From the NCBI GenBank assembly GCA_963666275.2, contig CAXXOA010000001.1, forward strand, positions 1,600,001 through 1,664,000: a stretch of 64,000 nt of DNA, given 5' to 3'. Below, one piece after another: positions 1-11,117 of this stretch. The notes under the pieces are model-generated. The model did not search any database. It was not told the DNA's origin and was given only the letters and a program-made list of their open reading frames with translations. Each line of letters opens with the position of its first letter. Positions within the stretch are counted from its first letter, which is position 1. The position numbers and the translations under genes were made by a program. The stretch comes from Oceanispirochaeta sp. (GTDB taxonomy: Bacteria; Spirochaetota; Spirochaetia; DSM-2461).

Positions 1-246
1 TACGAAGTCAGTTTCACAGGTCAGTTCAACTAAAGCCGCTGTACTTCCTTTGATTGCACTGAAAACAGCACCGGCATTGGTTGCTCTTCCGCTTCTTTTA
101 TCGGCCGAAGCCAGTCCCTGTTCTTTCAGGTATTTTTCTGCTGCAGCAAAGTCTCCGTCACAAGCCTGAAGAGCTTTTTTACAGTCGAGCATTCCCGCAA
201 GAGTTTTATCTCTCAGTTTTTTTACGTCAGCTGGTGTTACTGCCAC
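1..246 (-). CDS. tsf: Elongation factor Ts, N-terminal part (runs off window)
   Basis: Manual translation from GTG at 246 gives MAVTPADVKKLRDKTLAGMLDCKKAL...ELTCETDFV; directly downstream of rpsB; GAGGAG SD. Confidence 0.95.
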   Translation of the reverse strand, partial: MAVTPADVKKLRDKTLAGMLDCKKALQACDGDFAAAEKYLKEQGLASADKRSGRATNAGAVFSAIKGSTAALVELTCETDFV

Positions 247-308
247 GATATTCTCCTCTATCTCTGTCAGGATTTTTCCTTTATGAAAGTCCTGTCGTAT
301 TTTATAAA

Positions 309-341
309 TAAGGGAAGGGGATGCATAACATCCCTCCCTAT
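309..341 (-). terminator. Hairpin between rpsB and tsf
   Basis: Imperfect inverted repeat TAGGGAAGGGGATG-CATAA-CATCCCTCCCTA just past the rpsB stop. Confidence 0.5.
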
Positions 342-359
342 CGAATTTTATATTGAATC

Positions 360-1172
360 TTATTCGGTTGTATAAACAACATCGCTGTCGCCAGCTTCTG
401 CAGATTCATCGTCTGCGCTGTCTTCAGCCACTTCTGCTTCAGCTGTTTCTTCTTCATCATCCTGGAGGTTTTCAATAACTTCCAGTCCGATTTCGTTGTC
501 AGCTTCAACAACAGCGTTGGCAATGATCTGAGTAAACAGGCTGATCGCTCTGATGGCGTCATCATTACCGGGGATGGGATAATCGATACCATCGGGGTTA
601 CAGTTTGTATCTACAACTGCAATGATGGGAATGCCCATTCTTCTTGCTTCTGCTACTGCAATAGCTTCTTTTTTGGTATCGATAACGAACATAACGCCGG
701 GAAGATCGGCCATATTCTTAATACCGCCAAGGTTCTTTTCCAGTCTTCCTTTTTCTTTCAGGAGTTTGGAAACTTCCTTTTTGGTCATCTGTTCGAAAGT
801 TCCGTCAACTTCCATTTTTTCAATCTTTTTCAGCTGGTGAAGAGATTTTTTGATGGTTGTAAAGTTGGTGAGCATACCGCCGAGCCATCTGTTGTTCACG
901 TAGAACATATCACAGCGTTCCGCCTCTTTGGCGATGGCAGCCTGAGCCTGTTTTTTTGTTCCTACAAACAGAACTGATTTTCCGGCCAGAACATTAGCTC
1001 TGACAACATCGTATGCTTCTTTGATGGCAACGATTGTTTTCTGCAGGTCGATAATGTGAATCCCGTTTCTCTGTGAAAAAATAAATTTTTTCATTCTGGG
1101 ATCCCAGCGCTTGGTCTGATGTCCGAAATGTACACCTGATTCAAGCAGGTTTTTCATTGTTACTACAGCCAT
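360..1172 (-). CDS. rpsB: 30S ribosomal protein S2
   Basis: [17 protein letters not shown] and [11 protein letters not shown] motifs. Confidence 0.99.
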   Translation of the reverse strand: MAVVTMKNLLESGVHFGHQTKRWDPRMKKFIFSQRNGIHIIDLQKTIVAIKEAYDVVRANVLAGKSVLFVGTKKQAQAAIAKEAERCDMFYVNNRWLGGMLTNFTTIKKSLHQLKKIEKMEVDGTFEQMTKKEVSKLLKEKGRLEKNLGGIKNMADLPGVMFVIDTKKEAIAVAEARRMGIPIIAVVDTNCNPDGIDYPIPGNDDAIRAISLFTQIIANAVVEADNEIGLEVIENLQDDEEETAEAEVAEDSADDESAEAGDSDVVYTTE

Positions 1173-1269
1173 GTAGCCTCCTAAATCCGCTCCTTTTCTG
1201 AGCGGTCCTTCTCTTAGTCTCAGCGGCTTTTTTTTATATGAATATTCTAAGTATTCAAGCCACCGGAAA

Positions 1270-1851
1270 TTATATGCTGAATTTCAGCTGTCTTAACATG
1301 CCATATAATAGATTTATTGGCAAGCCCATTACATTAAAGTAGGTTCCATTTATACGGCTTATATAAATGCCGCCTTTTTCCTGGATCCGGTAGGCTCCGG
1401 CAACGCCCTTCCACTCTTCCGTATCCAGATAGTTCTGTATCTCCCGGCTGCTCATGGGGGCGAATTCAACATCTGTCCGATCCCATCCTGTCAGCCGTTC
1501 TCCCCCGGGAGAGGCCAGACAGACTCCTGTAAAAACCTGATGACTCCTGCCCTGAATCCTGTTCAGCATCTCTTCCGCTTCCTCTCTGTGGCGGGGCTTT
1601 CCTATTTTGTGGTTATCCAGACCGATGAGCGTATCGGCTGTGACAATCCATCGGCTAGTGCCGTATAGGGACAGGCAGACATCCATTTTCTGGTCGGCCA
1701 GATCTGTGCAGAGCTGCTCCGGAGGAAGATCCTGGTCCATGACTTCTTCCATTTCGTATCTGAGGACTTCACAGGGAATTCCCATCTGAGTGATCAGTTC
1801 CAGTCTTCTGGGAGACGCGGATCCCAGGTAGAGGGTTGAATTTTTCTGCAT
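1270..1851 (-). CDS. maf: Maf family nucleotide pyrophosphatase
   Basis: [25 protein letters not shown] and NVMGLP motifs. Confidence 0.95.
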   Translation of the reverse strand: MQKNSTLYLGSASPRRLELITQMGIPCEVLRYEMEEVMDQDLPPEQLCTDLADQKMDVCLSLYGTSRWIVTADTLIGLDNHKIGKPRHREEAEEMLNRIQGRSHQVFTGVCLASPGGERLTGWDRTDVEFAPMSSREIQNYLDTEEWKGVAGAYRIQEKGGIYISRINGTYFNVMGLPINLLYGMLRQLKFSI

Positions 1852-2063
1852 CTGCCCATTATAGGGATAAAAACGCCGGGGAGAAAAGAGGCTGATATAT
1901 CATCTTATAATTGTTGGCGTTAGGGAGCGGATGGTCTTAGAATTTAAGGAAGAAGATGAAACAGGGGGATTCAGAGACCTGTCAGTCGGATTCTCCTGTT
2001 TTTTACAGTTATTATCACAGATCTGTCTGACAGCGGACTGTGATGCCCATCAGGAGGATGTTT

Positions 2064-2834
2064 ATGATAAATAGAGTTCTAATTCAGTTCACCAGTGCCG
2101 GAGATGTGCCGGTTCTTTCCCGATTCATAACATCTCTGAAAAAAATGTATCCGGACATGGATATAGACGGATTGTATGTAAAGAACATGGATGAGTATCT
2201 GAGGTTCAATTCGGCTCTCTACAGCGAGGCATACTACCAGGATTTCATGGCTTCCTGGCGGGATGTGGAGGAGAAGAAGGAGCAGGAGATACGTGATGCC
2301 GTGGAGGAGTATTTTCCCGGTATGGTTCTTGTCATCCGTGATGGTTACAGCGAGGAGATCGTTATCAGTGAAATGAGGGTCTATGATCTTCTGGTTCTGG
2401 CCAAGTCCAACTATCTGACCCGGGATCTGAAAGCTCTTCTGACGATCCATCATAAACCTATTATTATTGTCCCGGAAAAAGAGAGCTATTCTCTAGAAAA
2501 GGTTCTTTTTGCTGATGATGAAAGGGCTGTCTCCAATAGAGCATTCTTCTCTTTTCTTACCCTTTTCGACAGCATCAAATCCTTTAAAGCCCTGGGGGTC
2601 AATATCAGAAAGGAGACATTCAGAGATCTGAATCCCTATCTTGAGAAAGCCGGAAAAAGTATTAATTATCATTTTCAGGAAGGTCATGCTGATGAACTGA
2701 TCCTGGAGTACTCCCGTAATTTCGACTGTCTTATAATGGGAGATCTGAAGCACTCATTCCTTGTGGAAAGGATAGGGGGGAAAGACGGCCTTAAGATCCT
2801 TGAAAAGGCAGAAATACCCATTTTTATAGGTTAA
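2064..2834 (+). CDS. Universal stress protein (tandem USP-like domains)
   Basis: C-terminal EG...ILEYSRNFDCLIMG...ILEKAEIPIFIG pattern; AGGAGG SD before ATG 2064. Confidence 0.7.
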   Translation: MINRVLIQFTSAGDVPVLSRFITSLKKMYPDMDIDGLYVKNMDEYLRFNSALYSEAYYQDFMASWRDVEEKKEQEIRDAVEEYFPGMVLVIRDGYSEEIVISEMRVYDLLVLAKSNYLTRDLKALLTIHHKPIIIVPEKESYSLEKVLFADDERAVSNRAFFSFLTLFDSIKSFKALGVNIRKETFRDLNPYLEKAGKSINYHFQEGHADELILEYSRNFDCLIMGDLKHSFLVERIGGKDGLKILEKAEIPIFIG

Positions 2835-2845
2835 GTCTTTTCTGA

Positions 2846-3934
2846 TCAGTTTTCAGCGGCAAAGAGGTCCAGTTCCATCTGCGGTTCGGGAGGTTTATAG
2901 AGATTGCCTCCCAGTTTGCCCAGGCTGAGGCCCAGCAGCCTCACCGGAATCTTACCGGCCTTTGTTTTTTCAAGAAGTTCCGGCACCAGTTTCATTATCT
3001 GATCGGATCTGCTGAGTCTTTCTGAAGACCCTGTACAGCGGGTACAGACTTTAAAATCATGGTATTTTACTTTCAGTGTCAGCTGCCCTCCGGAAAGACC
3101 GGTTTTACGGCAGTCCTCTTCCACCCGGTCCGCAATCTTTTTGAGCTGACTGTAGATCTCGTCCATTCCCTGAATATCCCTGGAAAAGGTATTCTCTCTT
3201 CCCAGGGATTTTCGTGTCCTTTTCGGTTCTACAGGCCGATTGTCAATGCCTCGAACCGCATAATAGTAGTAGCTTCCGGATTTGCCGAAGAGTTCTAGGA
3301 GTTCATACAGTTCCAGTTTCTTGAGATCCCTGCCTTTAAGGATTCCCATGGCTTTCATACGCTCTTCTGTTCTTTTTCCGATACCGAAAAAACGTCCGAT
3401 AGGCAGTTCCTCCAGAAAGTGCTCTGCCAGATCCGGAGTAATCACGGTCATTCCATCGGGTTTGTTCACATCAGAAGCGATTTTTGCAATGAATTTGTTA
3501 TAGGAAACCCCGGCGGAGGCTGTCAAACCGGTTACCTGTCTGATACGCTGACGAATCTCAGCGGCTATGACGGTAGCCGAAGGGTTTCCGGTTTTGTTTT
3601 CGGTAACATCCAGATAGGCTTCATCCAGACTGAGAGGTTCCACAAGGTCTGTATAGCTGAAGAATATCTCCCTGATCTGATGGGAGACCTTTTTGTACTC
3701 CGAGAAGTTATGGTGTGAAATAAATACGGCATGGGGACAGAGTTTATAGGCTCTGGATGCGGGCATGGCTGAATGGATACCGTACTTTCTCGCTTCATAG
3801 GAACAGGTGGAAACAACACCCCTGCTGTCGGGTCTCCCGCCGACAACAACGGGTTTACCCCTGAGACTGGGATTGTTCCGCTGTTCAACAGATGCGTAAA
3901 AAGCATCCATATCGATATGAATGATCTTTCTCAT
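2846..3934 (-). CDS. dinB: DNA polymerase IV
   Basis: IIHIDMDAFYASVEQ, SYEARKYG and SLDEAYLD motifs; C-terminal QMELDLF clamp-binding-like motif. Confidence 0.97.
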   Translation of the reverse strand: MRKIIHIDMDAFYASVEQRNNPSLRGKPVVVGGRPDSRGVVSTCSYEARKYGIHSAMPASRAYKLCPHAVFISHHNFSEYKKVSHQIREIFFSYTDLVEPLSLDEAYLDVTENKTGNPSATVIAAEIRQRIRQVTGLTASAGVSYNKFIAKIASDVNKPDGMTVITPDLAEHFLEELPIGRFFGIGKRTEERMKAMGILKGRDLKKLELYELLELFGKSGSYYYYAVRGIDNRPVEPKRTRKSLGRENTFSRDIQGMDEIYSQLKKIADRVEEDCRKTGLSGGQLTLKVKYHDFKVCTRCTGSSERLSRSDQIMKLVPELLEKTKAGKIPVRLLGLSLGKLGGNLYKPPEPQMELDLFAAEN

Positions 3935-4083
3935 ACTTTTTATACTATACATCCATGTAGTATTTTCTGCAAGATTTCCCTGAAGAAAAACTGGAAAGAA
4001 TCTCCTCCTTTGAGACGTTTCCGGTTTGGTAAAAACAAAGGGACCGGTATATATTGAAGGAAGACTTCACGGGGAGGTAATTA

Positions 4084-4401
4084 ATGATTCTGACCAATAC
4101 GGATTATATTTCAGGCAGAGATCTGGAAACACTGGGGATCGTTAAGGGCAGCACTGTTCAGTCCCGCCATGTGGGAAGGGATATTATGAGCGGACTGAAA
4201 ACTCTTGTTGGCGGTGAAATCCGCTCCTATACGGAAATGCTGGACCGGGCGAGAGATCTGGCAACAGAGCGGATGGTGACAGAAGCCGAGGCCCTGGGAG
4301 CCCAGGGAATTGTGAATATACGCTATGCTTCCAGCGCAGTTATGCAGGGGGCCGCGGAAGTCATCGTCTACGGGACTGCGGTAAAATTTCTTTCCCCCTA
4401 G
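4084..4401 (+). CDS. YbjQ/UPF0145 family protein
   Basis: GRDIMSGLKTLVGGEI.SYTEML...YGTAV signature. Confidence 0.92.
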   Translation: MILTNTDYISGRDLETLGIVKGSTVQSRHVGRDIMSGLKTLVGGEIRSYTEMLDRARDLATERMVTEAEALGAQGIVNIRYASSAVMQGAAEVIVYGTAVKFLSP

Positions 4402-4466
4402 AGTTTTCATTTTAATGATCCGCTGATTCTTGCGGGTTCGGGAAATTCTGGCTAGTATGGGTAGCT

Positions 4467-7400
4467 ATGCAGAAGGGAAACAGGTCCGGAAAAAACCGTA
4501 AAAATATAAGTAGAATCGACTATGGGAAACTCACAGGTCCCTGGAGGGAGGCCTATGACAAGCTCAGGCAGGTCAGGGGCTGTGACTACCATTCTCTGAA
4601 GAGAGAGTTTGACAGAGCTGCCGCATCAGCAGGGCAGTCCTATCCGGAAGAGTCGGAAATCCTGAAAATAACAGCTCATAAAATTTCCCGTTCGGTGGAG
4701 GAAAAGCAGCGACGCCAACTGAGAAAGTTCCGGTACAACTGGAATGAATCGCTTCCCATCACCGAAAGAAAGGATGAAATCATCCAGACCATAAGGGATA
4801 ACCAGGTGGTTGTTCTGGCGGGAGAAACCGGAAGCGGTAAAACAACGCAGATTCCCAAGTTCTGTCTGGCCGCAGGCCGGGGGATCAACGGCAAAATCGG
4901 CTGTACCCAGCCCCGCCGGATTGCGGCTCTATCTGTTGCCGAGCGGATTGCCGAAGAGATGGGTGAGAAACCGGGAAAAACGGTGGGATATAAAATCCGC
5001 TTTCAGGATAAGGATGATCCCCTCGGATTCATCAAGATCATGACCGACGGTATCCTCCTGGCGGAAACCCAGGGCGATCACTGGCTCAATGAATATGACA
5101 CCCTGATCATTGACGAGGCTCATGAACGGAGCCTGAATATAGATTTTATTCTGGGAATCCTCCGGAACCTGATCCGAAAGCGGAAAGATCTCAAAATTAT
5201 AATCACCTCCGCAACAATTGATACAAAGAAATTTTCCGAAGCCTTTGATAATGCACCGGTGATCGAAGTTTCAGGCCGGACCTTTCCTGTGGAGGTAAGA
5301 TACAGGGAAGATGATGAGGATGAAGAGACCTCTCTGGCGGAAAGAGCCTGTGAAGCGGCGGAGGAGCTGATAAAATCGGATCCCAAAGGGGATATCCTGA
5401 TTTTCATGCCGGCCGAACAGGAGATACGGGATGCCTGCGATATCCTTTCGGGGAGGCATAAACAGGCTCTGGTTCTGCCTCTCTATGCCAGGCTGTCCTC
5501 TTCGGACCAGCAGAGAGTTTTTCAGCACTCCTCCCAGCGTAAGATCATTGTTTCCACCAATGTGGCTGAAACCTCTCTGACCATTCCCGGAATCAAATAT
5601 GTCATAGACAGCGGTATGGCCAGGGTGGCCCAGTACTATCCCAATACCGGTACCTTTGCTCTGCCGATAGTTCCCGTTTCCCGGAGCAGTGCGGATCAGC
5701 GGAAAGGGCGCTGCGGTCGTATTGAGAACGGTATCTGCGTCCGTCTCTATTCGGAAGAGAACTATCTGTCCCGTCAGGAATTTACCCCCGCCGAAGTCCT
5801 CCGGACCAATCTGGCGGAAGTTATCCTCAGGATGCTCTCCCTGCGGCTGGATGATCCTTCCCGCTTTCCCTTTATCGATGCCCCCTCATCGGCGGGGATC
5901 GCCGACGGCTATAAGACTCTGCTGGAGCTGGGGGCAGTGGAACAGACAGGTAAAGGCAAATCCAGACACTACAGACTCACGGGCATAGGCAGAACCATGG
6001 CTTACCTCCCTCTGGATCCGCGTCTGGCCCGTATGATCCTGCAGGCGGATGAGGAACAGTGTCTTGAGGATGTTCTGATCATAGCGGCCTCTCTGAATGT
6101 TCATGATCCCCGGGAGAGGCCTTCGGAGAAAGCCGGGACCGCCGATCAGGCTCATGCCAAATTCCGCCATGAAGAGTCGGATTTTCTCACCAGGCTGAAT
6201 ATCTGGCGCTACTACGGGGCCCATTATGAAACAGGAAAAACCAGTCAGCTGAGAAAATTCTGTAAAGAGAACTACATCTCCTTCCGCCGGATGCGGGAGT
6301 GGCAGGATATCTACAGACAGATCCGACTCCAGCTTGAAGAGAAGGGATATAAAGTCAGACCCTATCAGGGCAATACGGAAAATTTCTATCCCGCCGTGCA
6401 CAGGGCTATTCTGAGCGGGTTCCTCTCTCATATCGCCCTGAAAAAAGAGAAAGTTTTCTACAGGGCCACCAAGAACCGGGAGATGATGATCTTTCCCGGG
6501 TCCGGGCTTTTCCAGGGAAAGCGGGGCGGCGAATGGATTGTGGCTGGAGAGATTGTTAAGACCTCCCGGCTCTTTGCCCGGATTGTGGCCAATATCGACA
6601 GCGCCTGGCTGCTGGACCTGGGTTCCCATCTGATGACATCAACCTATCATGCTCCCGTGTGGTCCCAGGATCAGGGCCAGGTGACCGCGGTAGAGCAGAA
6701 ACGGCTTTTCGGGTTTATAGTGGCCGAGGGTTCAGTCCCCTACGGGCCTGTGAATCCCGATGAGGCAACGGATATTTTTATCCGTTCCTGTCTGATCGAG
6801 GGGATGGTGAAGGATCCGTCGGAGTATCCCTTTCTTGAGAAAAACAGGGAGCTCATCGATACGATTGTTTCCATGGAAAACAAAGTCCGGAAACGGAATC
6901 TGATGGTTTCGGAAGAGGAACTCTTTCTTATCTATAAGAGCCGGCTTAAAAATATTTTTGATCTGGGACTCCTTCAGGAGTACATCAAAAAGAACGGAGA
7001 GGAATCCCTGCTGATTCAGCAGGAGGATCTTCTGGCAGGGAATACGGACAATCTCAATCTGGAGCAATTTCCCGACCAGCTCTCTTTCGGCAATGTGGAT
7101 GTTTCGGTGGAGTATAACTTTGAACCCGGCCGGGAAGAGGACGGCGTGACCCTTCAGGTTCCCTCCCGGGAAGCGGGGAATGTGGATGCTGCCAGTCTGG
7201 ACTGGGCGATTCCGGGGCTTCACAGGGACAGGATCGCCGCCCTGATAAAAGGGCTGCCCAAAGAGTACCGCAAAAGGCTGACTCCCATTAATGCCACGGT
7301 GGAGGATATTGTAAAAAATATGCCTCATCAGGAGGACACCCGTCTGACCCGGGCTCTGAGCGAATACATCTATACCTCCTGGGGAATGGCGGTGCCTCTG

Positions 7401-8450
7401 GATGAATGGAATGAGGAAGCCCTGCCGGAACATCTGCGGATCCGTATTGCTGTTACAGACGAGAAAGGCCAGGTCATCGAAGCCGCCAGGGATGCGGAAG
7501 TGCTCTATAAAAAGTACAAAGCCAATATTGACAGGAGCCTGCTGAAACGGACCAGGAAAGAGTGGGAAAGAACGGGGATTGATTCCTGGGACCTGGGAGA
7601 TCTCCCCCGGGAACTCTCTCTGAAAGGGAAGGATCAGATTGTATTCAAGGTCTATCCGGTTCTTAAAGACTGCGGGGAAGAGGGGGTGTCCCTGATTCTG
7701 ATGGAAAACCGGGAGGAAGCCGGGGAAACCCATCGAACCGGTCTTGTCCGCCTGATCCGGGGAGAGTTTGTCAAAGAGGTCAGAAATTTTAAAAAGGAAC
7801 TGTCCCGGACCTATCCCTTCGGAGAGGGGGCTACCTACTTCGGCGGGGCTGCCAAAGTGGAACAGATGATCTGGGAGAGACTTTTCTGGGAGTCCGCTTC
7901 AAATCCTGTTTGGAAGGAGGAGGAATTCCGCTCTCTTGTCAGGGATCTGGCTCCCCGGCTTTTCAATCTGGCTTCCTTCTCCTATGAACAGGCGGCCCGG
8001 ATTATTCAGGAGTTTCTGGAAACCCGGATGTTCCTTTCCCAGGCGGAAAAGAAAAGGGGGGCAAGCGGTTCTTCCTATATTGAAAACCGGAGAGACGACC
8101 TGTTGGAGATCGTCCCCCCCAATTTTCTGAATATCTACCCCTCCGACAGAATCATTCAGCTGCCCCGGTATATGAAGCTGATCCGCATACGGGCCGAGAA
8201 GGGGAATCTGGACCCCGGAAAAGACAGGGAACGGGAAGCCCTTTACGAACGTTACTGGAACAGGTATCAGAAAATCATTGAAGCTCTGCCGGAATGGATC
8301 AGTCAGAAACGCAAAGAAGCGGTGGAAGATATGTGGTGGTATCTTCAGGAGTACAAGATTCATCTGTTTGCCCAGGAAATGAAAACGAAAGAGAAAGTCT
8401 CTACAGAAAGGGTGGAAAAACGGCTTGATAAGCTGAAGACCATGCTTTGA
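4467..8450 (+). CDS. hrpA: ATP-dependent RNA helicase HrpA
   Basis: GETGSGKTTQ, DEAHERS, SAT and QRKGRCGR motifs; long HrpA-type C-terminus. Confidence 0.95.
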   Translation: MQKGNRSGKNRKNISRIDYGKLTGPWREAYDKLRQVRGCDYHSLKREFDRAAASAGQSYPEESEILKITAHKISRSVEEKQRRQLRKFRYNWNESLPITERKDEIIQTIRDNQVVVLAGETGSGKTTQIPKFCLAAGRGINGKIGCTQPRRIAALSVAERIAEEMGEKPGKTVGYKIRFQDKDDPLGFIKIMTDGILLAETQGDHWLNEYDTLIIDEAHERSLNIDFILGILRNLIRKRKDLKIIITSATIDTKKFSEAFDNAPVIEVSGRTFPVEVRYREDDEDEETSLAERACEAAEELIKSDPKGDILIFMPAEQEIRDACDILSGRHKQALVLPLYARLSSSDQQRVFQHSSQRKIIVSTNVAETSLTIPGIKYVIDSGMARVAQYYPNTGTFALPIVPVSRSSADQRKGRCGRIENGICVRLYSEENYLSRQEFTPAEVLRTNLAEVILRMLSLRLDDPSRFPFIDAPSSAGIADGYKTLLELGAVEQTGKGKSRHYRLTGIGRTMAYLPLDPRLARMILQADEEQCLEDVLIIAASLNVHDPRERPSEKAGTADQAHAKFRHEESDFLTRLNIWRYYGAHYETGKTSQLRKFCKENYISFRRMREWQDIYRQIRLQLEEKGYKVRPYQGNTENFYPAVHRAILSGFLSHIALKKEKVFYRATKNREMMIFPGSGLFQGKRGGEWIVAGEIVKTSRLFARIVANIDSAWLLDLGSHLMTSTYHAPVWSQDQGQVTAVEQKRLFGFIVAEGSVPYGPVNPDEATDIFIRSCLIEGMVKDPSEYPFLEKNRELIDTIVSMENKVRKRNLMVSEEELFLIYKSRLKNIFDLGLLQEYIKKNGEESLLIQQEDLLAGNTDNLNLEQFPDQLSFGNVDVSVEYNFEPGREEDGVTLQVPSREAGNVDAASLDWAIPGLHRDRIAALIKGLPKEYRKRLTPINATVEDIVKNMPHQEDTRLTRALSEYIYTSWGMAVPLDEWNEEALPEHLRIRIAVTDEKGQVIEAARDAEVLYKKYKANIDRSLLKRTRKEWERTGIDSWDLGDLPRELSLKGKDQIVFKVYPVLKDCGEEGVSLILMENREEAGETHRTGLVRLIRGEFVKEVRNFKKELSRTYPFGEGATYFGGAAKVEQMIWERLFWESASNPVWKEEEFRSLVRDLAPRLFNLASFSYEQAARIIQEFLETRMFLSQAEKKRGASGSSYIENRRDDLLEIVPPNFLNIYPSDRIIQLPRYMKLIRIRAEKGNLDPGKDREREALYERYWNRYQKIIEALPEWISQKRKEAVEDMWWYLQEYKIHLFAQEMKTKEKVSTERVEKRLDKLKTML

Positions 8451-8488
8451 CTTTCCAGTTTATATAGACAGCTGTCGATAATAATCCT

Positions 8489-9502
8489 ATGAATCCTCTT
8501 AAAAGATTTATTCTGGCTGTATTTCTCATCCTTTTTATCATCGGCTTCGGATCCTATGGTTTTATGGCAATTGAGGACTGGAGCTGGGATGACAGCCTCT
8601 ATATGACCTTTCTCACCATCTCAACTGTGGGGTTCAGCGAAGTACACCCTCTCAGTTCTCAGGGCCGGCATTTTATGATCCTTCTGATCATCATCAGCCT
8701 GCTCACAATAGGTTATGTTATCACGACTATGATCTCATTTCTTTTTGAGGGACATTTTCTGCAGACAATGAAGGAGCGGCGTATGAAGCTATTTCTGGGA
8801 CAGATCAAAGATCACTATATCATCTGCGGTTTCGGTGAGGTGGGTAAAGAGGCGGCGGATGAACTGATGCGTTTAAAAGTCTCTTTTCTTGTGATTGACC
8901 GGAACGTGGAAACCATAGATAAAACCCGGTATCCCGATATTCTGTTTGTGGAGGGGGATGCCTCGGAAGAGGAGATCCTGGAGAAAGCCCGGATTCATAA
9001 AGCCAGAGGCTTTATCTCCTGTCTTCCCGAAGACCCGCAGAACGTGTTTACCGTCCTGACAGCCCGTCAGATGAACAGTTCTCTTCATATCGTTTCCAAG
9101 GCCTCGGACAATAGAACCGTCAAAAAACTGGAGAAAGCCGGTGCCGACAGGGTGATCTCTCCCAATCAGATCGCCGGAAGAAGGCTCGCCTCGGCCAGTG
9201 TGAACCCCACGATCGTCAACTTTCTGGAAGTCCTCTCCTCCGGCGGGGGAGACGAGCATATCCGTCTGGAAGCGGTCAGGATCGGTTCGGGCTCCGAGCT
9301 GATCGGGAAGTCCCTGAAAGAGAGCAATATAGGTCAGTACACGGGAGCCATCATTATCGGCATACTCAACTCTGTGGGAGAAGCCAGAATCAACGAGGGA
9401 GCCATGGCGTCACTGTCTTCCATAGAACTGCAGGAGTCGGATCAGCTGATCGCCCTGGGCAATGAAGAACAGATCGATCATCTGCAGAAGTTTGCCCGTT
9501 AG
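8489..9502 (+). CDS. Potassium channel with TrkA-N/TrkA-C (RCK) domains
   Basis: TVGF selectivity filter between two TM helices; GFGEVG Rossmann motif. Confidence 0.9.
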   Translation: MNPLKRFILAVFLILFIIGFGSYGFMAIEDWSWDDSLYMTFLTISTVGFSEVHPLSSQGRHFMILLIIISLLTIGYVITTMISFLFEGHFLQTMKERRMKLFLGQIKDHYIICGFGEVGKEAADELMRLKVSFLVIDRNVETIDKTRYPDILFVEGDASEEEILEKARIHKARGFISCLPEDPQNVFTVLTARQMNSSLHIVSKASDNRTVKKLEKAGADRVISPNQIAGRRLASASVNPTIVNFLEVLSSGGGDEHIRLEAVRIGSGSELIGKSLKESNIGQYTGAIIIGILNSVGEARINEGAMASLSSIELQESDQLIALGNEEQIDHLQKFAR

Positions 9503-9518
9503 GGGCAATTCGGAATGA

Positions 9519-11117
9519 TCAATCATCCCATTCTGAGGAAATCTTTCTGAACTCCTCCTCCCTTTTGAGAAAAGCATCCACCAGGAGAGGCTGAAAGTGA
9601 TAACCCGATCCCTTTTTAATAATTTGAAGGGATTCTTCATGGGTGAAGGCTTCTTTATAGGGACGTTTTGTTCTCAGAGCATCGTAAACATCTGCAATGG
9701 CCATAATCCTGGCGGACAGAGGTATATGTTTTCCCGCCAAACCGTCAGGATAGCCTGAACCGTCCCATTTCTCATGATGATGCCGCACAAGCTGGACGCC
9801 TATGGTCAGGAATGATGTGACATCCAGCTGATCCATGGCAGACTGCAGAACCCGGGCTCCCATAACAGGGTGAGTCTTTATCACCTCAAATTCCTCTTCG
9901 GTGAGTTTTCCCGGTTTTAACAGAATACTATCGGGAATTCCCACCTTTCCTATGTCGTGAAGGGGCGCCGACCGTTCCAGATCCGCTATATAGCTGTCAG
10001 TGAGGTATTCACTATACTCTCTGTGGCTTTTCAGTTCCTCCGCCAGGAGGCGGCAGTACTTTTTTGTCCGGTTGATATGGTTTCCCGTTTCCTGATCTTT
10101 CAGTTCCGCCAGCAGGGACATGGAGAGGATTGTTACCTCCTGACTCTTATTCTGCCGGATGATCGTATTACGGAGTTTCATGATGATCCTGACAAAAAAG
10201 AGGGCCTGTATGAAAATCAGGAGAAAATTCAAAAGTGTTGATAACCGGGTAATTTTCATAAAAGGAGAGAGAAAATCCTCGACCTGGGCCATGATCACCA
10301 CAGTCAGGCCAAGATCGGACATGCGGGAGCGGGTATAGACCGTATGGTTTCTATTGAAATTTACCGAATCTCTTTCTGTAAGACTGATCTCGATGACAGA
10401 GGGAGGCTCAAGGATTTCATCCAGGTCGGCATGGACATAATCGATGGGATAGGCAAGCTTTATTTTCCCTGTTTCATCTGCAAAAAGAATCGTTCCTGTC
10501 CTGCCGGGAACCAGTTTTTTCAGCTTTTCCTGAATACTGTCAATATTCATGCCTATTCCGGCAATGCCGATCACCTCTCCCCGGTCATTTTTGATTTGCG
10601 CGTTGATCCAGAGCAGTGTCTTGTTCAGTTCCCTGTTGTGATCCACATTGAGAGTTATAGGCTCCTTCATCGACAGGGATTCATAAAACCAGGAATCATC
10701 CGGATCATGGATGGAAAGTTTTTCTATCAGCCTGGAACCCACGTAGAACTCTTCCGTATCCTTCCGGGCGGCAAAACTTGTATCAAACCTGTCCGGTCCT
10801 ATGAGAGCCCCCAGTTCATCCAGGGCCAGTTCCTTTAAAAGGGGATTCGTGTCTCCCGAAAACCAGCGGATGAGCTCCTCTTCATGCACCAGATTGACAG
10901 AGGCTTCAAAGGCTCTGGCTATGACAAGCTGCAGTTCCAGCCTCGCGGTGACATCCATGGAACTCAGGTATTTCTGAATGTTGTTTCGTTCCAGACGATT
11001 GGAACTGATAAACGAGGAGATGGCGAAAAAAACAGTAATGGTTCCAATGATAAGCAACGGAGTCAGATAGGATGAAAATGAGACTTTTGATGATCCGTTT
11101 TGATGTGATACCCGCAT
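9519..11117 (-). CDS. Membrane-bound HD-GYP c-di-GMP phosphodiesterase with Cache-like sensor
   Basis: HDIGK and HHEKWDGSGYP motifs; two TM helices flanking a periplasmic domain; likely start ATG 11117 (the ORF track extends to 11273). Confidence 0.88.
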   Translation of the reverse strand: MRVSHQNGSSKVSFSSYLTPLLIIGTITVFFAISSFISSNRLERNNIQKYLSSMDVTARLELQLVIARAFEASVNLVHEEELIRWFSGDTNPLLKELALDELGALIGPDRFDTSFAARKDTEEFYVGSRLIEKLSIHDPDDSWFYESLSMKEPITLNVDHNRELNKTLLWINAQIKNDRGEVIGIAGIGMNIDSIQEKLKKLVPGRTGTILFADETGKIKLAYPIDYVHADLDEILEPPSVIEISLTERDSVNFNRNHTVYTRSRMSDLGLTVVIMAQVEDFLSPFMKITRLSTLLNFLLIFIQALFFVRIIMKLRNTIIRQNKSQEVTILSMSLLAELKDQETGNHINRTKKYCRLLAEELKSHREYSEYLTDSYIADLERSAPLHDIGKVGIPDSILLKPGKLTEEEFEVIKTHPVMGARVLQSAMDQLDVTSFLTIGVQLVRHHHEKWDGSGYPDGLAGKHIPLSARIMAIADVYDALRTKRPYKEAFTHEESLQIIKKGSGYHFQPLLVDAFLKREEEFRKISSEWDD

